Below are positions 6,943-15,135 of a stretch of DNA of 15,633 nt, in pieces (position 1 is the stretch's first letter; each line of letters opens with the position of its first letter). The DNA lies in UHGV virus genome UHGV-2095518; one strand, 5' to 3'. The notes under the pieces are model-generated. The model worked only from the letters and a program-made list of their open reading frames with translations. It was not told where the DNA came from and searched no databases. Source of the stretch: a virus. A program made the translations under genes and the position numbers.

Positions 6943-7758
6943 TTAGCCGAGGCGCTTACGGCGCAGTTTCATTGACTTTTTGCGGGCCAGTTTTGCCGCG
7001 CCGGTCTGGGCTTTACGACGCGCTTTTTTCAGCGCCGATTTTTGAGCCGCAGTCAGACGTTTTTTACGCAGACGTTTACGGATGAGCTTGATCTCACCGT
7101 TACGAACAACCTTCTTAAATGCTTCAGTCAGCATTTCATCAGAAGTGCCAGCAACAACAAACGCCGCTTCCAGTTCGTCGCGGTCGTCGCTATCCAAACC
7201 AGCGATAGCGGAACCAACATCAGCAGCTGCGTCGTCGTCTTCATCGTCGGTCAATGCTTCGATCAGGTCATCATCTACACCGCATGCTGCGAGGAAGTCA
7301 GCAACATTTGCCCATGCTTCGTTATAGGCATCGTCCTGTTCTTCTGTAACTTCGGTATCGTCGTCGTCAGAGATACCAGCGATAGCCTGAACGAAACCAT
7401 CAAGGGAGTCGAAAGTCAGATCACCGCTATCAGCCCAGGCGAAAACGGCATCGGCCGCATTACTCAACGCATTCTGCATAGCACTTCGATTTGCAGCTTC
7501 CAGAATCATCTTGTGCGCCTGTTCGACGGTCCATTCTTTACCTTCTTTTCCTTCCAGGATTTGCTCAGGTGCCGGGTCAGATTGAACGTTCTCGTTAATC
7601 TGTGCCGCCGGTTCCGGATTATTATTAATCACCGGTTCGGTTGGCGGTTGGGCACTTACACGGGCAGATTCCATCAACTGCACCGGATCAGCGTTCAAAG
7701 CGAAACGGGACAGTCCATTCCCCAAAAATGCCCCGGATTGAAAAAAGTTTTTGCTCAT
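6943..7758 (-). CDS. Acidic protein with a poly-basic C-terminal tail, function unknown
   Basis: 271-aa ORF with an AAGGGA Shine-Dalgarno, starting 10 bp after the sheath-like gene. The centre is extremely D/E-rich (..SDDDDTEVTEEQDD.., ..TDDEDDDAAAD.., ..DSDDRDELE..) and the last ~50 aa are K/R-rich (KLIRKRLRKKRLTAAQKSALKKARRKAQTGAAKLARKKSMKLRRKRLG). Confidence 0.5.
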   Translation of the reverse strand: MSKNFFQSGAFLGNGLSRFALNADPVQLMESARVSAQPPTEPVINNNPEPAAQINENVQSDPAPEQILEGKEGKEWTVEQAHKMILEAANRSAMQNALSNAADAVFAWADSGDLTFDSLDGFVQAIAGISDDDDTEVTEEQDDAYNEAWANVADFLAACGVDDDLIEALTDDEDDDAAADVGSAIAGLDSDDRDELEAAFVVAGTSDEMLTEAFKKVVRNGEIKLIRKRLRKKRLTAAQKSALKKARRKAQTGAAKLARKKSMKLRRKRLG

Positions 7759-7767
7759 TGTATTCCC

Positions 7768-9357
7768 TTACTTAATAAGCAGCGGTACGCCATGGATACG
7801 ACGGGCTACGCCAGTCGGGCAGCAGGCCCAGACTACTTCCCATTTATCGAATTCCGCCTGCGTAACTTTCAGCACATACGGTTCTGTACCGTCAGCATCA
7901 GGATCACGAGGAGCCACCAGAGCGCCGGAGGCGACAAAGCGATCTAAAAGTTTGGTCATCCCTTTAGTCAGGCCAGCCGCAGTAATACCGTCCGGGCTAT
8001 GCTTCATCTGTCGGGCTAACTGGACAAAGAAACGGCTGATTGCATTCATCAGGGATGGGACGTGCTGGAAGTGCAGATAGTTATCCTGCGTGCAGCAAGT
8101 TAAAGCATCGTCGATGATCATCTGGCCAGAGGTGCCAACAGATACTTTATTGAGACGGCCCTTGACCATTGCTTCTTCGTCCGGGGTATCTTCCGGATAC
8201 AGCGGTTGAATTGACGCACGAGCAATGACGGCACGTTCTTCACCAGCCGGTGAGTAATGCCAACCGCCGACATCAGAGTTTTTCTTGACGCCACGAGCTT
8301 TCGCCGCATACGCCGCGCCAGACAGACCGAAGACCACACGGGATTGGGTCCATTTGTCTTTGCAGGAGAACGGGAAGTGATAGACAGCACAGCTTACATA
8401 ATCGGTACCAAGTAAACCGGTATCTTCAACAGCAGAGATCGCTTCCGTGTACGTCAATGTCGGTTTGACATCAAAGAAGCCATCAATCAGGCGATCTGCA
8501 CAGATTTTACCTAATGCGGTGATAGCCGCATTGTCATAGCAGCCCAAGCCAAGAACAGCGGTGTACATGTACGGCGCATTGTTCAGCACTTTCACCGCAC
8601 GCAGGTACGCAGCGGTTGAGATTTTCGACTGATCACCGTTGGTACCACCAGTGAACGCCAACGATTTTTTGTTTGTTACTTTCGCTGTAGAAATCAGATC
8701 TTCATTAACAACCGCGCGCAGATATTTAGAACGGGCTTCCAGAGCCGTAGGCAGATAACACAAGCGGCCCATGTCATCTTTCGCTTCTTCCACCAAAGAC
8801 ACAGTGTGTGTCTCCAGGGTCGTTACCACACCGAGCGAAGTCGTCTGGGTTAGTTTTAAGAGGAAGCGTTCATTACCCGCGCTGTCCGCTGTTGCCGTTT
8901 CGATGGTTAACTCACGGGTAGGTGAAATACACGGATCACCATCATCAACGTAGATAGCAAAGGCTTCGCCGCTATCAAGTTCAATTTCAGAACCATATGG
9001 CAACGCAGTGTAAGCCGGTTCGCCTGATTCATCGAACATAATAATCGGGAACTTCGCATCATCCGGAACAGCACGGACAACATAACCAGACGTTTGCTGA
9101 ATAGCTTCGTACACATGGCGAATTGGTTCGAACTGTGAGCCGGAAGACGGCTTCAGCGGTTCGCCGAGAACATCTTCGTAATTGGACTCAGTAACCGCAA
9201 GAACAGTAAACGGCTTGCCACGCGCAAATACGCCAATACCAGCCCACAAGCTGCTATTTAATGCAACACCGGTAGATAACGTCGCATCGGCATTGATCGG
9301 GCTAACCGCGACGCCGGATGCATTACCTAATGACTGTTGAATTGAATATTGAGACAT
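7768..9357 (-). CDS. Contractile-tail sheath protein (putative)
   Basis: 529-aa ORF with an AGGGAAAG Shine-Dalgarno. It contains a GGWHYSPAGEERA segment resembling the W.SPAG..RG motif I recall from T4 gp18 and P2 FI, and has a sheath-like C-terminal region; the size and operon context also fit. Confidence 0.55.
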   Translation of the reverse strand: MSQYSIQQSLGNASGVAVSPINADATLSTGVALNSSLWAGIGVFARGKPFTVLAVTESNYEDVLGEPLKPSSGSQFEPIRHVYEAIQQTSGYVVRAVPDDAKFPIIMFDESGEPAYTALPYGSEIELDSGEAFAIYVDDGDPCISPTRELTIETATADSAGNERFLLKLTQTTSLGVVTTLETHTVSLVEEAKDDMGRLCYLPTALEARSKYLRAVVNEDLISTAKVTNKKSLAFTGGTNGDQSKISTAAYLRAVKVLNNAPYMYTAVLGLGCYDNAAITALGKICADRLIDGFFDVKPTLTYTEAISAVEDTGLLGTDYVSCAVYHFPFSCKDKWTQSRVVFGLSGAAYAAKARGVKKNSDVGGWHYSPAGEERAVIARASIQPLYPEDTPDEEAMVKGRLNKVSVGTSGQMIIDDALTCCTQDNYLHFQHVPSLMNAISRFFVQLARQMKHSPDGITAAGLTKGMTKLLDRFVASGALVAPRDPDADGTEPYVLKVTQAEFDKWEVVWACCPTGVARRIHGVPLLIK

Positions 9358-9417
9358 AACTTTCCCTGTTATGCGCCCCGCACGGGGGCGCTATGTTAAA
9401 CGGAGAACTTCCCCTGA

Positions 9418-10125
9418 TTACTCAGAGTCACCGGCATCAATCGTGTCGCCGCTTATAAAGTTAAGCCCGCCTTTTTTGGCCATTGTCAGCGTTACACGAG
9501 TGAAGTAATCAGCGCCGTTGCGTGGGTGCATATCGTTGATAGCCGAACCCCACAGTGTGGTACGGTTGACCAGCGCCGGAGTGGTCGGATGCTGGAACGG
9601 GATAGCCGGGACAGCATCACCAGTCACGAAGCCTGCTTTACCCGGATTTTCATCACGGACGTAGCACAGCACATCCATCGAGCTGAACTGAATGTTCTCT
9701 GTCGTTAAGTTCTTACAAATACCAGCAGGTACTTCGTACACTTTTACGTTACCGAACAGGGTACCGATGTAGTGAACATACGGAGTCTGGATATAGTCTT
9801 CGGCTGGCTGGAAGAAATCCTTCGGCAACTGTTTGAAGAAAGATGCTGCATCAGCACCAGCAAACATCCCCATCGCACCAGAAGATTTAACGCGCTCAAT
9901 AATGTCGCGATATACAGTCTGGAATTTTCCACGAATGATGGTTGCCCATACATCAAAGGACTGGTTAACCGGCAGAGCGATGTCAAAGGTGTCGGTCGCA
10001 AGAGTGCGCCAGATCATGATGCGAAGACGCAGCATATCCTGTTCATGAGACAGGTATTCCTTCAGGGTGCGGAACTGTAGGGAACCCAGGTCCAGACCAA
10101 ATTCACGCTGTGCTTCATACGCCGC
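9418..10125 (-). CDS. C-terminal part of a capsid-like ORF, in frame with and immediately downstream of the TAG at 10126-10128
   Basis: The reading frame stays open from the TAG through AAYEAQREFGLDLGSLQFRTLKEYLSHEQDMLRLR... to the stop at 9418. The first ATG (10033-10035) has no convincing Shine-Dalgarno, so this looks like a continuation of the upstream frame rather than an independent gene. Confidence 0.45.
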   Translation of the reverse strand, partial: AAYEAQREFGLDLGSLQFRTLKEYLSHEQDMLRLRIMIWRTLATDTFDIALPVNQSFDVWATIIRGKFQTVYRDIIERVKSSGAMGMFAGADAASFFKQLPKDFFQPAEDYIQTPYVHYIGTLFGNVKVYEVPAGICKNLTTENIQFSSMDVLCYVRDENPGKAGFVTGDAVPAIPFQHPTTPALVNRTTLWGSAINDMHPRNGADYFTRVTLTMAKKGGLNFISGDTIDAGDSE

Positions 10126-11124
10126 CTATACCGTGTGCTCAGCCGCGATAACGAACTGACTTGGGAACAGGGTGTATTTCTTCATTTCGTGGTTGATCAG
10201 CGGGATCAGCTCAGGAGCGGCTTCAATATTGATTTCCGTCTCAATTGCGATCTCAGTGCCTTTATCCGGCGCTTTGGAGAACGACAGGGCAATCTGACCA
10301 ATGTTGTAGTTCAGAGAGCAGGTAACAGTGATTTGCTCACCAGCAGCATTAGTAAACGAGTGAAGTAGGCTGCCGGAACCGTTATCAACAACAGACTTAA
10401 TACGGTTAACGTAGATGTTAGTGCGACCTTTTCGGATTGGTACATTCTGGCCTTCGAAGTCTTCCATCTTGAAGGTTGCGGTTTTGCTGGTGCCATCGGA
10501 GCTTGCCACCAGCACATAGCGGCGGCGTAACTGGCTGTACACACCGACGGATTGCATGTCCAGAACATCACCAGCAGCATAAGAACCAAAAGAGGAACCT
10601 GCCACGTTAAAGACTTCATAGATGTCGGACTGGTCACGCGTAACCGGAATGAAGGTACACGCATCAGCGGTAGCTGCCCCCAACTGAACAGGCAGGATCA
10701 TCGCGAGGAATAAAGGCAGACGCATAACACCGTCAGAAACGCTCATCATCTCTGCTGCGACGGATTCCAGCATCGCTTTATTAGTGGCATCCATGCTATT
10801 GCGGGTGGACTCAATCAGGCAGTTTTCCAGCGTCTGGTGGCAGGAGGCCAGAATTTCCGGACGCGGCATAGATTTATGTGCTGCGGCGTAGTCAGCCAGT
10901 GCACTTGCCCACGCGGTAGCAATTTGAGCGGTGGCATTATCAGAGATACCCGCAAAAATTGGGTCTTTACGTGCAGCTTCAAGGATAGATGCGGCACGCG
11001 CGGCATCATCTTTGATGAATTGGTTATCAGTACCGAACTGTGCTGTACTTGCCCAGCCAAGAACGGCTTTAGAGCGTTTTGCGATATCTGCAATACGATT
11101 CTGGTATTCGCGTAAGTTACTCAA
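10126..11124 (-). CDS. N-terminal part of a putative major capsid protein precursor (about 568 aa if the TAG at 10126-10128 is read through)
   Basis: Probable TTG start at 11122-11124, 6 nt after AAGGAAG; the ORF track opens at an upstream TTG at 11145. The frame ends in TAG after ...AAEHTV. It is the first gene of the virion operon, immediately downstream of parB/parS, which is where I recall P1 placing its major head gene; the combined size of about 62 kDa also fits. Confidence 0.45.
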   Translation of the reverse strand: MSNLREYQNRIADIAKRSKAVLGWASTAQFGTDNQFIKDDAARAASILEAARKDPIFAGISDNATAQIATAWASALADYAAAHKSMPRPEILASCHQTLENCLIESTRNSMDATNKAMLESVAAEMMSVSDGVMRLPLFLAMILPVQLGAATADACTFIPVTRDQSDIYEVFNVAGSSFGSYAAGDVLDMQSVGVYSQLRRRYVLVASSDGTSKTATFKMEDFEGQNVPIRKGRTNIYVNRIKSVVDNGSGSLLHSFTNAAGEQITVTCSLNYNIGQIALSFSKAPDKGTEIAIETEINIEAAPELIPLINHEMKKYTLFPSQFVIAAEHTV

Positions 11125-11145
11125 GTTACTCTTCCTTAAACACAA

Positions 11146-11388
11146 GGCACTTGTGTGAATCCCTTTTCGGAAGAGATTTTATTGAAAGTCACTTGTTGAC
11201 TTTCTCGCGAAAAGTAATTTTTTAAATTTTTTGTGCGGGGAAGTGGACGGTGAATGCAGGCGTTAAATTGTGGGAATTTCAGTCTGAAACCCCCCTAAAA
11301 AACACATGCAAATCACAAGGTTAGCAATGAAATCGGTGCGGGACATTTTAGGAAGGGGAGGGGCTAACACCACCTCCCACCAGCGGGA
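11146..11388. promoter_or_regulatory. parS-like partition site region, probably also carrying the promoter of the virion operon
   Basis: Intergenic segment directly downstream of parB, the position of parS in P1-family plasmids. It contains an 8-5-8 palindrome GAAAGTCA-CTTGT-TGACTTTC (11184-11204), a TGAAATCGGTG motif (11327-11337) resembling the P1 box A/box B arrangement, TGAAT/ATTCA heptamer-like repeats and an AT-rich tract. Confidence 0.45.
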
Positions 11389-12354
11389 TTATTCCCCAGC
11401 AGACATTTTCCCAATGATTTTTTTTATTGCTTCGTCAATTTCAGTTTGCACTTCAGACGGGAGTCTGGAGAACTCGTAGGCGACAACCCGTTTTTTCGGA
11501 TCGGACTTCTTTCGAGCATATTGGCGACGGTCAGAGAAGTCTCGCAGCTTCTCAACCACCACAGATTTAACCGGCGCGGGCTTCAGGCTTTTGCTTTCCG
11601 CTTTGAAGATAGCCAGTATCTTCGCTTTATCCTCTTTCGCGCCCTCAGTCTCTGCAATTCGCTCGCGCACCGTATCAACCAGATCTCCAATCGGTACGTT
11701 TTTGGCGTTAGCATCTTCGGAGATCTGGAGCAGCAACTGGTAATCAGGCAGGGCGAGATCGCTGGCAACAGGGAAGACAGCAATCATCTCATCCGGCACC
11801 GCCGCAGCCTGGAAAGCTCGCGTCACTTTAGCCTTTGAGATGTTCTCAGCTCGGGCGATCTCTTCTTTGGTCATATTCTTGCCGTACATAACCTCGAAGC
11901 GTTTACCCAGCTCGCGCAGAGTGTGTTCGCGGGCTGTCTGGATATCAATGGCCAGCTGGCGGGCATCCGCCAGGCTGATCTCATCTTTCGTCACCAGAAT
12001 CTCAAATTTCGTTTCATTGAAGATACACGCAGCGCGGCGACGTGATCCGTCCAATACCTCAATGCGCTCCCCAACCATACGACCGATAGCCGGGAAGAAC
12101 TGTTGCAATTTAATGGTGCGGGAAATATCGCTTACCGACTCAGGGGTGAGCAGAGACTGATCGCGGCCGTTAACTGCCGGGTCAACGAACGTGCGCGACT
12201 CAATCTCACCACTCAGCACAACGGTAAGCAAAAATTTAGCCTGGCGACCAGATTTTAGGGTAAAGGTTTTGGTGCCTTCACTGCCTTCAAGCATGCGAGC
12301 AAACTCGGAGCTATTCTTGCCCAGCACTCGTCCACGGGAAACTATTTTTTTCAT
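11389..12354 (-). CDS. parB: ParB centromere-binding partition protein (type Ia)
   Basis: 321-aa ORF with the ParB GSRRRAA motif (LDGSRRRAACIF) and an HTH region, translationally coupled to parA (4-nt overlap). The overall pattern is P1/P7 ParB-like but clearly divergent from the P1 ParB I recall. Confidence 0.85.
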   Translation of the reverse strand: MKKIVSRGRVLGKNSSEFARMLEGSEGTKTFTLKSGRQAKFLLTVVLSGEIESRTFVDPAVNGRDQSLLTPESVSDISRTIKLQQFFPAIGRMVGERIEVLDGSRRRAACIFNETKFEILVTKDEISLADARQLAIDIQTAREHTLRELGKRFEVMYGKNMTKEEIARAENISKAKVTRAFQAAAVPDEMIAVFPVASDLALPDYQLLLQISEDANAKNVPIGDLVDTVRERIAETEGAKEDKAKILAIFKAESKSLKPAPVKSVVVEKLRDFSDRRQYARKKSDPKKRVVAYEFSRLPSEVQTEIDEAIKKIIGKMSAGE

Positions 12355-13562
12355 GCCGCCTCACCCCTAACAAACTCAATTCGATCAAACACAGCCTTAG
12401 TGAAACGCTCGGCCTCGGTTCGTGCCTTCTTCAGCGCCTCTGCACTGCCTGGATACGATTGCGGGTTGGCACTGATTACGGTGTCGAAAGACTCGCCGCA
12501 TCGCTCAAAGCCATCCAGACGAGGCAGAGAAGAGTCCAGAATGTTGCTGGCGTAAACCTCACGCGCAAGGCTGTGTGATGTCTCGTGATCGCGCTTGCCG
12601 GTCATCTTCGACATAAAACCAATGCTGGCGCTCAAACGCGGTTCTACGCCTTCCTCCTCCAGTTGCTCCAGCATTTCTGGCAGACGGGTGAGATATTTCA
12701 GTGTTGAGTGGAAGTCAACCTGGGCTGGTGGGGTAGGGGTAAGCAGCAAATCGCTGGCCGCCAGACCGTTGAGCAGGAACGGATCCAGGTGTGGACCGGT
12801 ATCAATAAAGATAAAGTCATAATCATCCGCAACACGATCAATGATATTGCGTCGAAGGATTTCGTACTGATTTTGTCCGGGAAGATGCTCTTCAACCAGC
12901 TCTTTCCATTGGCTGGCAACAAAGCCATCGTCGATAGAGGCTGGAATCACGTCTACGCCAGGAACGATGGTCGGACGAATCACCTCTTTGCGTAGCGTCT
13001 CCGCGTCCAGGTCGTTCAGCATCGCCTGCGCGGCGGTTTCCAGGATGGAACCAATACTGTGAGTATGGTCGAGGAACATTGTGCTGGATGCCTGAGGGTC
13101 AAGGTCAATTACCAGAATGCGCAGATCGTGACGCAGTAAATCCTGATGCACACGCAGAGCGTGCGCCAACGTTACTGTGGAAACCGTTTTGGATACGCCA
13201 CCCTTCAGGTTTACGACAAAAATAACGTAAGGCGATTTGTGAATGTCGCGATATTTGGGGATCTTACGGTGGGCATAGATATCAATGACGTTCTGGATGG
13301 TCAGCGCGTACTGTTCAACGTTACCGACCTGTTTCTTGTTGAACTGGTACCCATCATCTTCCATCTCTTTGATGGCCTGCTCCACAATGCGGCGGCTCAG
13401 CTTCGGCAACTTTGCCACAGCGTTACGAGTGAACGTCTGATAATACTCGGTCTGATTGAACTCTTTACGCTGATCTTCAATATCCTGACTCATGGCCTTA
13501 AGTAATGCGCTTGCACGAAGAGCTATGGTGCCGACACCGCCGTAATCGCGTTTCATCATCAT
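12351..13562 (-). CDS. parA: ParA partition ATPase (type Ia, with N-terminal DNA-binding extension)
   Basis: 403-aa ORF with the deviant Walker A motif NLKGGVSKTVSTV and a conserved C-terminal region (RLDGFERCGESFDTVISANP..AVFDRIEF) as in P1 ParA. The ~100-aa N-terminal extension is typical of autoregulatory type Ia ParA. Confidence 0.9.
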   Translation of the reverse strand: MMMKRDYGGVGTIALRASALLKAMSQDIEDQRKEFNQTEYYQTFTRNAVAKLPKLSRRIVEQAIKEMEDDGYQFNKKQVGNVEQYALTIQNVIDIYAHRKIPKYRDIHKSPYVIFVVNLKGGVSKTVSTVTLAHALRVHQDLLRHDLRILVIDLDPQASSTMFLDHTHSIGSILETAAQAMLNDLDAETLRKEVIRPTIVPGVDVIPASIDDGFVASQWKELVEEHLPGQNQYEILRRNIIDRVADDYDFIFIDTGPHLDPFLLNGLAASDLLLTPTPPAQVDFHSTLKYLTRLPEMLEQLEEEGVEPRLSASIGFMSKMTGKRDHETSHSLAREVYASNILDSSLPRLDGFERCGESFDTVISANPQSYPGSAEALKKARTEAERFTKAVFDRIEFVRGEAA

Positions 13563-13665
13563 CTCCTTATCATTTAGTATGAGTGAATTGTACGTTTGAT
13601 TCTGCTACGTGCAACTTTTTTTGATTCGTGCGCCAATTATTGCACGTAAAGAAATGGCGATGAGG
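13563..13665 (-). promoter_or_regulatory. parAB promoter/operator region
   Basis: Immediately upstream of parA: a large inverted repeat CTACGTGCAA (13604-13613) ... TTGCACGTAA (13639-13648) around an AT-rich centre, as expected for the ParA autoregulatory operator. Confidence 0.5.
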
Positions 13666-13950
13666 TTATTAGATGTGTGCTGGAGGGATGATGCAGGACC
13701 AGAATGTGCGATAGAGGGAAGTCGCATTGAATTATGTGCTGTGGAGGGATCGCTGGTATCAAATATGTGTGCTGGAGGGAAAGATAGAAGATTAGATGTG
13801 CGCTGGAGGGAAACTTGGATGGTTAGATGTGTGCTGGAGGGAATGTCTGGGCAAACTGCGTGGCGCAACCCTCCAGCGCACACCAAAAACAGGAAAATGG
13901 GCAGGCATTCCCGGCAGCGCACATTTTTCAAATGCAGCTGCCCTCCAGCA
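13666..13950. repeat. incA iteron array (about nine 19-bp RepA-binding repeats in both orientations)
   Basis: Repeats of GATGTGTGCTGGAGGGA and variants at about 13666, 13698, 13726, 13758, 13789 and 13820 in one orientation, and CCCTCCAGCGCACAC-type copies at about 13861, 13900 and 13935 in the other, directly downstream of repA. This is the P1 incA copy-control arrangement. Confidence 0.85.
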
Positions 13951-13955
13951 CACAC

Positions 13956-14816
13956 TTATTCGGGAAGTTTCAGCTTTGGATTGCGAGAATGGACGATTAC
14001 AAAACTTTCCCGGCCTTTCTTCTCAATTGAACAGTCGAGATAGCCGATTGTTTTAAGCTGTTCTATCGCTTTCTTAATGATACGGTTTTGCTCGCCAACA
14101 GCTGACTGCAAAGCCAGGCGCTCACGGATTCGCGCGAACGATAGCGGCAACGGGTTCTGCGGAAGGCTTTCGATGAAAGTGTAAATGGCTTGTGCAGCTT
14201 CTTTCTTCGGAAGGGCACGCAAGGCGTGGTGTTGCAACAGAACGCGATAATCAAGCTGGAACAGCTCCCACAGCTTCGAATCAGCCTCCAGTTCTATCAG
14301 ATCAAGGTCAGCATCAAAACGCCCGACCTTCAGCAGACCAGTCTGATAGCCGCCTTTAGCATCTTTTCCGCGCTTAAAAGCGATACCCTTGTTACGCAAG
14401 CGTCCAAGTGATTCATGAATGGTTAAACGCAGTTTCGCATCCAGACGTTTTGAGGGGAAACCACAGGCTTTAGCGAATTCCTGAAACGATAACTGGATGG
14501 TGTTTGAGGACAAGCCGTATTTGCTGAACGCGTAGATGACACCGATCCACGTTTTGAAATCAGTATCCATATCGAGTCGAGGACCGGTGATTTTAATATC
14601 ATCGTAACCCTCGGCTTTAGCTATCTCCAGCTGGGAAAACGCTTTGGTGGCATCAATCTCTTTACTTTCTCCTTTGCTCTTTGATGGCTTCGGCACGAAT
14701 ACCCCCAAACGCATCAACGCTACAGGCTGCACAGTGTTGTTTGAATTAACTGTTAGTTCTTTTGCCTTACTTTCAATGTCTGCGTAAAGAATATCGGATA
14801 TAAAAGATTGATTCAT
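13956..14816 (-). CDS. repA: Plasmid replication initiator RepA (P1 type)
   Basis: 286-aa ORF (MNQSFISDILYADIESKAKELTVNSNNTVQPVALMRLGVF...) flanked upstream by five and downstream by nine copies of the same 19-bp iteron, the defining organisation of the P1 R replicon. The protein matches my recollection of P1 RepA. Confidence 0.9.
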   Translation of the reverse strand: MNQSFISDILYADIESKAKELTVNSNNTVQPVALMRLGVFVPKPSKSKGESKEIDATKAFSQLEIAKAEGYDDIKITGPRLDMDTDFKTWIGVIYAFSKYGLSSNTIQLSFQEFAKACGFPSKRLDAKLRLTIHESLGRLRNKGIAFKRGKDAKGGYQTGLLKVGRFDADLDLIELEADSKLWELFQLDYRVLLQHHALRALPKKEAAQAIYTFIESLPQNPLPLSFARIRERLALQSAVGEQNRIIKKAIEQLKTIGYLDCSIEKKGRESFVIVHSRNPKLKLPE

Positions 14817-14871
14817 ATTGCTTTTTCCGAATTATGTGGATAGTTTTTATCAGTGATGATAACTACCCTGG

Positions 14872-14977
14872 CTTTCCCGTCAGCACACATCCTATATCCC
14901 GCCAGCACACATTAGCAACCCGTCAGCACACATTTTTTTCCCTCCAGCGCACATCGTTTTCCCTCCAGCACACATCG
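14872..14977. repeat. incC iterons (five 19-bp repeats) within oriR, overlapping the repA promoter
   Basis: Five direct copies of ..CC(C/G)(T/C)CAGC(A/G)CACAT.. at about 14872, 14897, 14918, 14938 and 14959, immediately upstream of the repA start. Confidence 0.85.
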
Positions 14978-14989
14978 CGAAAGGCTTCT

Positions 14990-15100
14990 AAGCCAGACGG
15001 GACGCGGCCTACGACGATCAGGGATCTATATGGATCTAATTGGGATCTGTATGGACCTGATTATTGGATCTATCCAGTGGATAATGTGGATAAGTGAAAA
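14990..15100. promoter_or_regulatory. oriR core: GATC-containing heptamer repeats and tandem DnaA boxes
   Basis: Five GATC sites (15016, 15023, 15033, 15044, 15067) within repeated GGATCT motifs, followed by DnaA boxes AGTGGATAA (15076-15084) and TGTGGATAA (15085-15093). A further DnaA-box-like TGTGGATAG lies at 14835-14843 on the repA side. Confidence 0.7.
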
Positions 15101-15121
15101 AACCGGCCAACGTAGCCGGTT
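15093..15121 (-). terminator. Rho-independent terminator shielding oriR from incoming minus-strand transcription
   Basis: AACCGGC-CAACGTA-GCCGGTT hairpin; on the minus strand it is followed by TTTTCAC. Confidence 0.4.
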
Positions 15122-15135
15122 GGAAGGGAGTCGTA

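Noticed and set aside
7042-7947. Plus-strand ORFs of 301 aa (7042..7947) and 81 aa (Ser-rich, 7082..7327)
   Set aside because: They are antisense shadows of the acidic-protein gene: the GAC/GAT/GAA-rich coding strand gives a Ser/Cys/Phe-rich garbage frame on the opposite strand. There is no ribosome-binding site and the minus-strand gene has clear operon context.
8118-9116. Small ORFs (90, 60 and 69 aa) inside the sheath-like gene
   Set aside because: Fully embedded in a well-supported 529-aa gene, without start-site signals.
13666-13950. Possible CRISPR array (short repeats with spacers)
   Set aside because: The repeats are 19 bp, occur in both orientations with irregular spacing, and flank repA. 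This is the iteron organisation of a replicon, not a CRISPR array, and no cas genes or leader are present.
13605-14056. Several ORFs (116, 144, 86 and 67 aa) across the incA region
   Set aside because: They lie on the iteron array and are artefacts of the repeated GTGTGCTGGAGGGA motif, giving repeated MCAGG.. peptides. This region is a known non-coding copy-control locus.
14834-15097. 87-aa plus-strand ORF
   Set aside because: It lies entirely within the oriR iterons, GATC repeats and DnaA boxes; a coding role is implausible.
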